From: Thalia democratica
Lineage: Eukaryota
Assembly: GCA_965202585.1 (NCBI GenBank)
Contig: OZ241826.1
Location: forward strand, 19,282,001-19,346,000
DNA length: 64,000 nucleotides
Reading direction: 5' to 3'
Shown: positions 51,299-64,000 of the stretch, in pieces
Numbering within the stretch: position 1 is the first letter of the stretch
Layout of the letters: each line of letters starts with the position of its first letter
The notes under the pieces: generated by a model
What the model was told of the DNA's origin: nothing
Databases searched by the model: none
What the model saw: the letters and a program-made list of their open reading frames with translations, nothing else
Translations under genes and position numbers: made by a program

Positions 51299-52229
51299 GT
51301 AAGTATAGGCTTAGATTAAAAACAAAAAAAAACAATAACAATACAATAAAACTAGAAAAGAAAAGTCAAAAAATCTTAGTTTTTATTTACTTGTTAAACA
51401 TCTATAGATTTATTCTTTACAAAAATATTTAAATTTGACCAATAATGAATATTATTATATCAGATTAACTTACTTTGAAGCCGAAGAATACTTGGTTAGT
51501 AGTATTCATTTTTGTATTTAATTTTTTCAGCGGTCTAAGGTATTTTAAATCTGTAACTAAAGTTATTATAGTAATAAATATTTTATAGAGAGTATTGAGA
51601 AATTTTAGAATCTTTTTTAGCAGTGAAATAAAGTGTAAAAAGTTGTAATTTTATAAATTACTACGATTAAAAAAAAATTATCTTGTTAACCATAATGACT
51701 TACTTATAACAAAATAATGAAATGGTTCATTTATAAACTTATAACTTAAAATTTTAATTACATTATTATTTTCTTACAGAAAAACTTTAAATTTAATGTA
51801 AGTAGTTACTATTTCTTAAAATATGTTAATTGCAATTAAAGAGTTTTTATACTTATATATAAACGTCAGTCTGATTTGCATATTTGATAAATCAGAATTT
51901 TTTTGTTTTTTTTTAATTAGAACTATAAAAACTTTTTTTTTGACTAATTAATAACATGTTTGGGTAGGTAGGTTGGAAATAAGGGTACAAATAAAAAATA
52001 CAACAAAAACGGATTTTAAAAAATACCTTAGTGAGCAAATAGCTAAACTTGACTAACATTTAAATAAACCTTCTTAACTTAAGTATTTATCTTTGAAAAC
52101 TTACAAATACTTAACAAAAAAATTCAAAAGTTAAAATCTAAAACTATCTAATAACTGTTCAACTAAACTAATGATTGAAAAACTTTTTGAAATGTTCACA
52201 TATTAAGTGTAGACTGTTTAAATTACATT

Positions 52230-53830
52230 TTGTATATATCATTATGCTTTCAAACTTATTTAATAAAATAAAAATTAAAACTAAAAAAAAACACGTTATC
52301 ACATGTATCAACTACAGGATTGAACAAATAAAACAGTTTTTATTTTTTATAGTTTTTTCAAATCCTGTTAAAACCTTAAAAAACTAGCTAAAACCAGTTT
52401 TATCTAGATTTATTCAGCTCTGATGATATCTTGGCAAAAACTAAAGTTTTAACTGGCACTAACTAGTTAGTTTTAAGATTTTTATGTACTAATGAGAATA
52501 AGCTTATTTAAGTATTACTTATATATTGTATTTTTAGCTTTAAAAAGGTACTCAAGTTTTGGTTTACTAAAAAAAATTGGTCTATATACATTCTATTATT
52601 ATAAATAACTATAAAATTAAATTGTTAAGTTGCAAAAAAAAAATGTAAAATATTTGAAAACATTTTAGCACAAACTAGGTAGACTACTTCTTTAGTATGA
52701 TATCTCAAAATTATAAATAACAGCCTTGAGTAACATTTCTTTTAATAACTAAAACTATATAAATTTGGCCTCAAGTAACAACCTCAAGCAACTATAACCT
52801 CTAAGTGGTCATTTTTGAAAGTTTGTGATTTTTTGAATACTTTAAATAAGGTTGTACATAACAGTAAAACACAGTTAATGTTTAAATATAAAAAACAGTT
52901 AATATACTACAACAGCTAAGTTAGGAATAAAACTAAAAATAAAAAAATTAACAAAAAAGGGTTAAAAAAAATAACCTGAGTCAGAAAATTAGACTAATTT
53001 TTTATATCTATATTCTTAATTTAAGTATTTTTCTCTTAAAATTTATAAACAACTTTTCAAAAAAATTTAAAAGTTCAAATTTATAAATATCCAATAATTG
53101 TTTAACTTAAGTAATGATAAAAAATTATTTAAACATTTAATTAAAAAAATAATATACTATTTAAAATACATTTCGAATTTATGATTATAGTTTAGAATTA
53201 ATTTTAGTAAAATTAAACTCAAAACTAAAAAAAAAGCAAGTTAACACATGTATGTTCCATATGATTAAATAAATACTTTTTTTCATAGCTACTTTAGTTC
53301 AAGCCAAAAATTGAAAGAAACTAGCTAAAACCAGTTTTATCTTGTTTTGACCGGTTTTTATGAAATTTTGGTAAAAACTAAAGTTTTAAAATACAACTAG
53401 TTAGTTAATTAAAGATATTTTATGTACTAATGGATATTAGCTAACTAAAGTATTACCTATAAATCAAATTAATACTTTTTTGGCTTTGCAAAGTACTCAA
53501 GTTTTATTTTTACTAAAAATTTAGGTCCGTGTACATTCTGTTATTATAAATAACGATAAAGTTAAATTGATAAGTGTCAAAAAAAACTATAAAAACTTGT
53601 GCTTAGAAAATCTAAAAAATCCATTTTGGCTTAAATCAGATGAGCTAGATAGTTAAAGTAGAGATACAGCCTTAAGTAACAATTTTTTATCAACTAAAAC
53701 TATACAACTTTAGCCTCAAGTAACAACCTTAAGCAACAGTTACCTCTTAATAGTCATTTAAAAAAGTTTGTGAACTTTTTGAAAACTTTAAATAAGCTTG
53801 TGTATAACATAGAAAAACAGTAACTGATTA
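52230..53830. repeat. Tandem duplication, ~650-bp blocks at ~940-bp spacing
   Basis: aaactagctaaaaccagttttatct (52381 / 53318) and gcctcaagtaacaacct (52768 / 53713) recur colinearly. Confidence 0.8.
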
Positions 53831-54229
53831 GATAAAAAATTTGATTTAAACAATTCAGTCTTTTACAAGTTCGAAACTGTTGATAAGCCTTAATATTTAT
53901 CTTACTTAAAATAAAATTGCAATATTTAATTCAAAAATATAGCACAAAATTATTAAAAGTTTCCTTCTTCAAAAAGTATGAGTAAGAATAAAATGTAAGT
54001 AAAACATTTACTTTTAGTTTAAAACTAGTATTTACTGTTTAAACATGGGGCATAACACAAAATAAAACTTCTGCAAGTTTTCAAAAAAATTATAATTTGG
54101 TCGCTTACACTTTATTTTAACACCTAAAATTTATTAAGAAAGCACAAACAAATATACTACAACAAAAAAGATATAATTGAACATTTTTATCAAAAATAAA
54201 ATATCCTATTTTATTTTCATCTTTTTAGG

Positions 54230-54829
54230 TGGGTTGCACAATAATGCCAAACAAACAGTGAGTTTTTAAGATAATTTAAAGAGAACAGGTCTAAGTTGCA
54301 CGAAGAAAAATTGCAGAAGGTTACTAAATTGCATGAAGGGACTACACTGCAAGAAAACAAAATAGTACGAGTGCACAAAATTGAAAAAAGCCAAAATTGC
54401 ACAAAGCCAAATTTGCACTAAGCCAAATTTGCACGAAGCAAAATTTGCAAGAGGGTACAAATTTGCACGAGGGAACAAAATTGTACAAAGATTATTTTGC
54501 ACCAAGGGTTAACTTTGCACGATAGTAAAAGAATACAGAAAAAATAAACTAAATAAAGTACAGAATAATAAAATTAAATAATTATTTAACAAAAAACCAA
54601 AAGAAAAAAAAACTGACGGAGGTTAGGTTAGTAAAAGTGATAAAAAAAACTAAAATTAAAAAATAAGCAATATAATTAGTAAAAAGGTTAAATGTGCGAA
54701 AATTAAATTTTCAAAAATGTTTTCGAGGATTTTTATCTTCTTGCAGTTTTATCTCATCGTGAAAAAGTATAATCATGCAATTTTGAGCATTCGTGTAATT
54801 TTGTCCCTTCGTGACATTTCGTACGCTCC
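54230..54829. mobile_element. MITE-like element with arrays of ~16-18-nt subterminal repeats
   Basis: Repeated aaa(a/t)ttgcac(g/a)a units on the left, inverted tcgtg(c/t)aattt units on the right, central ggttaggttag. Confidence 0.65.
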
Positions 54830-56734
54830 TACAAACTTGACAGCTAATCAATTCAAAATATAAAAAATAATAAAACATTTATTAGAATATACTCATTAAA
54901 AACTTACTTTAAGTTATATAACAGAATAGGATATAGACTAAATTTGTTGAGTATGTGCTAACTCTAACTTAAAACTAAAAAGGAGATATAACTAAAATAT
55001 CAAACTGTTTAAAAATGTTAAAGTAGATAGCTTTACTGTAAAAATTCTAACTAACTAAACTGACTTATATTCTTAAAATCTTATTTAAAAGATGATTTTT
55101 CAATATTCAAAATATTTTTTTTATGTATATGCATTCATTATTAATATCTAAAAAGTTATAAATGAATGATGTAACTAATATATTCAATATATTAAACTTT
55201 TTTAATTTTTTATAGTTTCAATTGAAATACTTTTTTGTTAAATTGTTTAATTGTGCACCTTTAAACTGTGCATCTACAAACTTGTACACTCAAATTTATT
55301 GTATTTATGAATTTTAGGCTGAGTTTCTTTACGGACTTTCAAACAAAAGTATAATATAAATTTAAAGCATTATGTCATTAATACATTTTTATTAACTTAA
55401 TTTTTTAAAAATAGTTTATGTATATTATATATTTTTGAATATTAAAACTTACTATTTAAGATATTTTTATGACAAGAAGCATTGCATACAGCTTAATCTT
55501 TTTCACTATATTACATAGAAATTAGAATGCATATTCTTTATTCAATAGCAAATAGACAATCCTTCTAATAATATTTTAAACTTAAATCGTTTACATTATT
55601 TTTAAGGTAAAACTTTAGTTGAAAGTTTCATGAACACATTTAGATGGGTTTACTACCAATGATTGACTTAGATTTTAAGTTTATTGTGTTAGTTAAAGTT
55701 AAGTAAAACTTAAAATACAAATAACTTGAGTACAAAGGTACATCTAAATAAATAAAAGAATATATAGTATTTTAGCACAAGTAGATTTTAAGCAACACAT
55801 GTAACTTATCTTTGGAGGCTTTAAAAAGAACAAAAAAAAAATGTAAAACAAGTTATTATAAAATGTTATTATTGCATAATGATTTATCTAAAAAATATAC
55901 TTTAATTTTTTTTAACTCTAAAGAACAAAATAAAAACATACATATAAGTAACTAAATCATTGTCTTCTAACTAAAATTAATAGAAACTGTATTCAATGAA
56001 ATTTTCTTATATTAGATAAACTACTAAAACATACACATATAAAACCATGACAAAAATATAAGCTATTTTTGAAAAACCTTAATAAACTGTATTAAAATAC
56101 ATTTATACAAATAGTTTTATTTAATTTAAGGTTTAAGCAAAGTTGCATCAGTTAAATAGTAGTCTTATACACATGAGTGATTTATTTCATCAATAAATCT
56201 ATTATATAAGTGCCAAGTAACTTAATAACTCATACTTAATCTAATTAGATTAAACATTTTTCTGTCTTTGTTAATGATGCAAAAATAAATAGTTTAATTA
56301 AGCATTTTTATTGCTTAATGTAAAAAGATAAACTGAATTTTAGAAACTGTTTTGTTTTCTGTTTAACTGTAGCATATATTAATTGTAATTTTATACATCA
56401 GGTTATATTACTTATATTGTCTTAAAAAGTTTTTGCTAAGATTAATGTAGCAGTGTAAAAATAACAAAAAACATATGGGAAATTTTAACTAAAAATTTTT
56501 ATATAAATCTACTTATAAAAGATTAGCATAAAGGTTTGGAAATGTTAAGACACAAAATTCAAGATTTAAAAAAGTTTTATTAAACTTTGAACATTATTAG
56601 TGATCATCTTTTAGAACTTCTTGTTATACTTAAATGATAATCAAAAAAATATCATCGAGTTATAATAATTAAACAGAAAAAGCAATTACTTAAATAACAA
56701 ACTTTAAAACTTTGCTAACACACAGACATTTAAA

Positions 56735-56925
56735 CATTTTTATCATGTAAATTTAAAAAATTGTTTCAAATTCAATTTCTGTTAAAATTTTAAAGACCTG
56801 GCCAGAACTTTTAAAAATTAGAGTATCATTTTTTATCATGTAAATTTAAAAAAACTATTTAAAATTCAATTTCTGTTAAAATTTTATAGGCCTGGCCAGA
56901 TTTTTTAAAATTATAGTAGCATTTT
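56735..56925. repeat. Local tandem duplication, 2 x ~90 bp
   Basis: atcatgtaaatttaaaaaa...ttcaatttctgttaaaatttta..cctggccaga occurs twice. Confidence 0.8.
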
Positions 56926-57335
56926 TTAAGTAAAAAGTAAGCTTTTATACATATCAAATTTTAAATCAAGGTAATAGACATCTTTTTAAACATTTTAACA
57001 GCATTTGGAACAATATAATATACCAGAAATAAGTTTCTAAAAAAGATTTGTTATTTAGTTTTGTTGTGTAAACATTTAGAATTTGTTTTGATTACTCCTA
57101 CATTGTTTGCTTTAGTGATAATACCAGTATTTTCATGACTATACTAAAAATAAAAATTCAAAAAATTTGGGCAACCAGGACACCTATTAATAATGAATAC
57201 CCATTAAAAGTCCCACCGCTAGATAGACACTAAGCAGATCAATGAATGCTATAATTATATATGTTTTCCATTTTATGTGTTCCATTGTTTTTGAAGTTTT
57301 ATGATTTATGTTTTTTTTCTTTCTTTTTAATTTCG

Positions 57336-57409
57336 AAAGGCTTTGCGGAACCCCTGAGAGGCGTCGCGGAACCCTAGGGTTCCGCGGAACCCCATTTCAG
57401 AAGCACTGA
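57336..57409. mobile_element. Right end of a hAT (Charlie-like) element, relic
   Basis: gcggaacccctgag..gcggaaccctagggttccgcggaaccccatttcagaagcactg, a typical hAT terminal motif ending CACTG. Left end not found. Confidence 0.55.
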
Positions 57410-57565
57410 AGTACATAATTTGTCTAAAATTTAGCTGAAATATTAACTTTTTTTTTTTACACAAAAATAAAATCAAATACTATAAACTTATTTGTTGTAA
57501 ACTTATTTAAGTAAAATGTAATCAATACAGCTTAAATACAATCTTGTGTTGTTATATATTTTTAG

Positions 57566-58391
57566 AACGGAAAATCTACAAACTGGGTCGAAGAAAAGGA
57601 AAGTAATGAATGCTTTAAATCAAAATATCTAAAAAAATATGCGGTAATAAATAAGTAAATCAAATGTTTCTATAAAGATAAACACGAAAAAGCTGAGATC
57701 CAAAAGAAAATGTAAGTACATCTTTTAATTTTTAAACATTAATGTCTAAAATGGTACTATCATTAAAGTTTGTGTAGTTTTTGTGCACATAGCTAGTTAA
57801 TGAAATAAAACTAACATTGTATGCTGTACTCAAATTATTTCTTAACTAAATAAAAAATGTAAAAGTTTTTTTTTTCTGATATATTTAATTTTTTGGCACA
57901 TTAAACCCTAGTAATACTTTTTTGTATATAACGTACATTTTGTTATGTAATATCTTGTACAAAAACTAACGGATTATAAATATCTAAGCTTTTTAAACTT
58001 AATAATAAATAAAATATTTATAAGTAATTTTAAATTAAATCTTAGTTATTATTTCAATTTTTTTTTAGAGCTGAGGAAGTTTTCTTTCCAGTGCCAAATA
58101 ATGATGCAAGCACAACTGATACAAATAATGATATGGTTTGTGGTTGCTATACTTTTAGTTAAATTTAAATTAAATTCATATTATTATGTTTTAATCAGTT
58201 AAAGTTATCAAAAACAACATTTAAAATAGATAATTATTTAATACTTAGAATGTTCAATCTCTAGGGCTTATTTACTTTATTTAAGTCATCTAAAGTTTTC
58301 TATAACAAACTTTTTTAAAATAAACAACATAATAACATTTTTTTGCTTATGTTGCATTTTGTTTTAATATTTCGAGGAAATGGAATACTAA
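57566..58391 (+). pseudogene. Gene C paralog, inverted, last three exons
   Basis: Exons 57566..57711 (NGKSTNWVEEKESNE.., TAA at 57656), 58069..58135 (AEEVFFPVPNNDASTTDTNNDM) and 58377..58391 (EMEY*) match the gene C exon boundaries. Confidence 0.8.
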
Positions 58392-58879
58392 TGATGTGAT
58401 GAAAACACAAACAGGAATTTTAAAATTATTTCTTATTCTACAAATTTTGTTTGTTTAAAGAAATGATTTTCTATTTTACCTATAGGTTGACATATGTTAT
58501 AACTGAAATATTTTTTATAATCTTATAAGTTAAGTGCTTTACAAGTTATAAATATGTGAGATTATTTCCATAACTGATTTTTTAAATTTTTAGATCTTAT
58601 AGTCTAATAAACTACTATGCTCTTAATCGTTTTGTACTATTTTTAGTTTTATGAAAAACAGAAAATAATTTCTGACACCATAGACAAACTAGTTTTTTTT
58701 TTTTTTGTCTCATCATTAAAATACTTGATAAGTAGTAATAAAAGTATTGTAGTTTATATTTTTATGTTTACACTAACAGCTCGAAAACCTCCGAAAATAA
58801 TGTAAACAAATTAGATTAACAAGTGTTGATGAAATTTTAAAACCTATTATGTAATTTCTGTCGTATATAGTTAATTAGT

Positions 58880-59760
58880 TCTAAAGCCCATTTCAAAGGT
58901 CGGCAGACTAACCATGAAGACCAAATCTAATCCGCGTCTAGTTACTAGCAAAATTTAAATGCTTTTATAACTACTAAAACAAATAATATTATTTTACTTG
59001 TTAGTTAACTAAAAGGATTACATAAATATTATTTATATTAAATACTAAACTGCATGAGGTTTTTTCGTATTGTATTCAGCATAACAGTGACCCGCGTAAA
59101 AATAGTTTTAGATGTCTGGCATAAAAAGTACTTCTAAATATTCTTGCCCGTCACTTATACTAGGGTACAGTTATAAGACATATAAATGTTTACTAGTTTT
59201 TTCGATATCAATAAATTACAAACTCTTTCAATATGATAACACTAAGATACTTCATTAGATTGTAAAATGATTTGTAAATAACTAATTATAAATCGATTAC
59301 TTTTTTAACTTTTTTACCATGCATCAATATAAAGAAGAGGACTCTGTATATACTTTAACTTGTCGATTAAATATGCCGCAAACTTGTTATATAGTTAAAG
59401 GTTTGTCAATGAAGAAATATAGTTTTAACTATACAAGTTGTCAATAAAGACTATTACGTAGAGAAGTTTAACACAAATATACTTTATTTGAAATGTTTAA
59501 GCTGATAATAAAAATACAAACTTTGATTTATTATAATGAAACAGTTCAAATTCTCTAAAGAATTATGATGTTGTAATGCAAAACAGTAAAGTAAACGGGT
59601 GCACGACTATACAAGTTCAAGCAATTTGAGTTTCGACAACTCAAGTTTTAACAATTTTGAATAAATATGAATAATCTCTTATTAAAGTATTGGAATGTTG
59701 CCCTTGTTTTTTTTTATAAAACTAAATTTTCAAAGTTTTATTTTTCTAAAATTCAAATAT
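58880..59760 (-). repeat. Inverted paralog of 28690-29490
   Basis: ccgcgtctagttact, cccgcgtaaaaatagttttagatgtctggcataaaaa and ttgcccttgttttttt match the reverse complement of the 28690-29490 / 45700-46090 sequence. Confidence 0.8.
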
Positions 59761-60076
59761 ATAACAACTTGTCCAAATTATTCAATTCTATAAACTTTCA
59801 ACTTTTCTCAGGGAAATAAATAAATTACTTGTTGATATTATTACTTGTATAAACCTTTTAAAAATAATGTAACTTTTTTTATCAAAAATAATTAGATTAA
59901 AATACAGTTCTTTATTAGAAAACCAACATTTTAAACGAAACTACCCAGGAATTAATTGTTACATAAAATAAAGTAGTGTAATTAAAAACAACATACTTAT
60001 CTTGGTATTTATGTTGTTTTTTATTAGCTATCATCAATAATAAAATAAATTTTAGAGTTTTTGTACACTTTAATGC

Positions 60077-60821
60077 ATTATCTAAGCTCAAGTATCCTTT
60101 CTGTTTAATGCTAATGTACTGAATACTATCTTAAACGTATACAAATTTCATCGTTTTTCATATCAATTTTTTTTATTACAGCTATATTGATAAAATGAAT
60201 TAGAGTCGAATATTACCGAAGTAGATATTGCTACCAAGATGAAGCTGATAACATTCTGTTTAATTTTGATTATGATATATGTAATAAATAATGACTGTAG
60301 CTTTTTAAAAGTAAATATTTAAAACTAAAATCAGGAGATATTAAGACTGATTCTAAAGACGAGTTGTTAAAACTTGCCATGCATTTACTACAAAATTCAC
60401 AAAACACTTATAACTCTTCATGAAAGTACAAATGTATCCCCACTGAAACATCGGAGATATTTTTAAAAAATTTTTTATGCCTTTTGAAGATAAGTAACTG
60501 CAGAAATCAGCTTTGATGAACAACTCGTCTTTACAATCAGTCTTAGTATTTCCTGATTTTAGTTTTAAATATTTCTTTACTTTTAAAAAGCTACAGTTAT
60601 TATTTATTACATATATCATAATCAAAATTAAACAGAATGTTATCAGCTTCATCTTGGTAGCAATATCTACTTCGGTACAAAACATAAATTCGACTCTAAT
60701 TCATTTTATCAATATAGCTGTAATAAAAAAATTGATATGAAAAACGATGAAATTTGTATACGTTTAAGATAGTATTCAGTACATTAGCATTAAACAGAAA
60801 GGATACTTAAGCTTAGATAAT
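60077..60821. repeat. Near-perfect hairpin (arms 60077-60368 and 60519-60821, 150-bp loop) made from a Kelch-B-like pseudogene 5' end
   Basis: Arms differ by only a few substitutions and two small indels. Minus strand reads VLYRSRYCYQDEADNILFNFD and CSFLKVKK...ELFIKADFCSYLSSKG, cf. Kelch-B ILYQTRHCSQ..SFLKVKK..KMFIKASYCDYLSSKG. Confidence 0.92.
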
Positions 60822-61044
60822 TAGTTTCAAAAATTTTAAACTCAATGTTCATGTTAAAAACTATCAGGAAAGAAACTATGATTAAGACTATCAGAAAAAA
60901 AAAGGCTATGATTTGAATACTATACTTACCTAGGTTGATGTTTTAAGTCCGTATTAAAGAAACTATAATACGAAATAAACTTGTTATAACTTAAAATAAA
61001 CTTTTTGTACTAAAATAAATTCAAGCTAAATTATTATATCAATT

Positions 61045-64000
61045 ACATTCAAAAACTAATCGTAATTTATATATTTATTCCTACTGTCTAAAAACAATTA
61101 CTATGACTATATTTTATTTATTTCTGCGACCTTCAACATGTTTAGAAATTAATTAAATAAGTTTGTGTAAAATAGTACAAAGATACTTTTATTTTGTTTA
61201 CACATTTTAAAAAATATATAGTTAACTGTGTAATGTAGGAGTGTGCAGCTAACGACCAGAGAGCCAGATTTGGCCCGCCAATAAAAATATCTGGCCCATT
61301 AAGTGTTTACTATAATAATAAGAAATAGAGAATATTAAAATTTGTTTCTGTTGTAAAAACATAGAACTGTTGTTAACTACATTGCAAATTAAAATTAAAA
61401 GAGTTTTTGTAAAGTTTTATATTACAAGTTTCTAAAACTACATGGCCTAGTAAGACAAAATTTAATCAAGTTCTATCGCTAAAATCTTTTTTTGGTAATC
61501 TCTTTACGCTGACTAGAAAAAATGCGCAATTGTAGCATAGAAAATATTTTTTTTTAACACAAATATAAGTATATCATAAGTATAAAGTTAGTTACTAGTA
61601 GTTTACTGGGTACTGGTTTATTGTTTTTAATTATTTGTATCTTAAATAGTAAAAATACAACTAAATGTGTACTATTTATTGTAAAAAACTGTTTGGTATA
61701 CAATCTGAAGGTTTCTTAAGTTCTACTTGATTTACCCATTCAAATTTTTTCGGCTAGTGTTTCATGCACTCGTTATTCAAACATTGAGATTCTGTTTATG
61801 CAGCTTCAGACATAATCTTTAATTTGTGTTAGACAGTATTTTTATTAAACTTATTAGTTTGTATTAGAGGTTTTTTTAATTCAATATAAAAACTTACTTA
61901 GCTCAACAATCATTATGTTTTGTTTAACAATTAGCAAATCTACTATACCCACAACAAAGTTTGTATAAAAGTTTTAGATATCCTATAAAAATTCGACGCA
62001 ACTGTACCGTGTTATCTAGTTTATTCGTTACATATTACAAAATAAATTTATCTTTCTAAACAGTTAACAAAAGTAAAGTTTTACAAAAGCTATTTACTAT
62101 TATGTTTTTATTGTAGTCTTCATTACAAAAACGTGAATGCGATCTATATTAAAACCTTTTTTTTTAAACTTCTCATTTAAGTTTTAACAAATAGTAAAGC
62201 AAGTGTAAATATCTTTTATTTACTTACAGTGCAAAGCTCGGTGTTTGTACTCATAGCTTACATTTAACTAATGCACTGTTAATAGAAAAAAATGATTTCT
62301 TTGTCTTCGATTTTACTGGAAAATTACAAAAGCGAAGTTTCTTAGTTTTTCAAAAGTAACTTGATCCGCATCTGGCAAATTCTCAGCTTTTTGTAGAATT
62401 AGGATCTGGCCGGATCCGAATCTTTGTCTTGGTAAATCACTAAATATAGATAGAGAAGTCTTAAATGATTTTAACTTTTAGTAATTTGAATATAGTTTTA
62501 TTGGCTTATCACACATTTTTTATTTAATACTCGAACTTAGAAAGACTGTTATTGGAAAACAAAAATTTAAATTTATACAACGATAAATTAAGTCGTTTTT
62601 AAGTACACGTTTTTTATTTTGTTTTTAAACAAAAGTATATTTAATTCAGTGGAAGTAATAAATTAAACCAGTTAAGATAAAATGTATATTAGTTTTTTTT
62701 AAATATTTGAAACTAGGTATTGACTCTGAAATAACTGTTTTAAATCCTTAATTATCAATGTTATATTTAGTTTGTTTAGATGTTGCGTATCGCGACCAGA
62801 CCTATCTCTGGTATATTTTTAAACCAATCTTATTGTTACATTACTACTTTTAAATAAAGTTTGATTTCAGCTGCATTTTAGATTTAACATTTTTTAATGT
62901 AGTAAGTTGAACTTTGTTCATTAATTAGACTTATTAACAAGATCGAGTTAGTTATGAATTTTTTATTGTAGACTATGTTTGTTACAAATGTTTGTTTTAT
63001 TCAAATATTATATTGTATGTTTATAATATTTTTATTAATTATAAATAACTATTAATTAATTTTTTATTCCATTTGAGATGAGACTTTTATAAGGATTGCT
63101 AAACAATTAGTAGGCAAAATTTATAAGTACAAGTATTTTTTATTATTTTAGTTATGTTAAGGTTTCTATTATAAGTTGAAGTTACTACTAAATTAATCAG
63201 TATTTATATAACACTTAAGCTTCATTATTTTATTACTTTTTACAATTATATTTAAAAAAATGTTTGCATCTGAACTAAATTGTTTTTTCGATACTTAAAT
63301 TTTAAGTTTGTTATTTTTAAAAACAATAGAATTTTCATACAAAAAACTATAGACATTTTTAATTTGTTTTATAGAAACAAAAATAATTTCTCTGTAATGT
63401 TATGAAAAATTTATGTTTATAAAAGATATAATTTCGTTTGTTAAAAAACAGTTTTTTTTACAAGCTTTAAAGTTTTTTAGCTAGAATTAAAATGAATTTG
63501 TCTGTTCTATCAACGCTTCTTGTTTAGCTTTTTAGAAGCTACCACGATTTTGTATTCTTATCCAAAGTAAACTTAAACAAAATGTCATCAGGAACTTTCT
63601 GATATTTCTAAATTTCATACAAAACAGAAGACTGACTAAAAGTCATTACAATAATATAATTAACAGAAAATATATAAACAGTTAAGTATTAAGAGGTGAT
63701 TAGTTTTTTATTATGATTAGTTTAGTTTACTTTAGTGATTTTTAAACTTTCTGTAGGCAAAAACTACTAAGAAAATATTTTTATATTAATTTATTTATGT
63801 TATAGTTTTAATCGATTACCTGATAATAATAAGTCTTTGAATATGTTAGTGCGTTTATTGTACAACAGATCATTTTCAAAATAAAAAAACATACGAAAAA
63901 GCAAAAAATCTAACAAAAAGAATCCATAGAAAATAGACAAATACATAGGAAATGTTATTAACGTTTATAAAACAAGGTTCTAAACAACTAAATTATTGTG
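61045..64000. repeat. Segmental duplication unit 3 (partial), close paralog of 17030-19981
   Basis: 61265-64000 is colinear and highly similar to 17251-19981, including the left IR arm (~63140-63695). 61045-61265 is the reverse complement of 17030-17245. Confidence 0.92.

Noticed and set aside
54300-54500. Short repeat array as CRISPR
   Set aside because: Degenerate adjacent 16-18-nt units without unique spacers, no cas genes, eukaryotic context.
54217-54505. Two Cys/Phe-rich ORFs
   Set aside because: Translation of the ttgcac subterminal repeat array of a MITE-like element.

Overview
Very AT-rich eukaryotic DNA, most likely from an invertebrate animal (short GT-AG introns; species not determinable). 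There are no prokaryotic features, rRNA, intact tRNA or CRISPR. Contents: (1) A nine-exon + strand gene (10831-14098, 526 aa) with two atypical FCS-type zinc fingers and no SAM or MBT domain. (2) A birth-and-death cluster built from a ~14.4 kb cassette [Kelch-A, Kelch-B, unknown multi-exon gene C], tandemly duplicated (18540-32985 and 32985-49790). Further partial copies occur inverted (~56.2-59.8 kb) and direct (61045-64000), and Kelch pseudogene relics lie on both strands. (3) Several long inverted repeats, two of them built from Kelch-B-like pseudogene sequence: a young 290-bp-arm hairpin at 60077-60821 and ~570-bp arms bracketing the intact Kelch-A gene. (4) A 216-bp insertion with a 15-bp target-site repeat carrying a minimal type I hammerhead ribozyme at the tip of a long hairpin (50822-51037). 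(5) A 3.1-kb non-autonomous hAT element with TIRs, an 8-bp TSD and a paralogous empty site, plus many MITE relics. All exon structures and alignments were read by eye, and identities are visual estimates.
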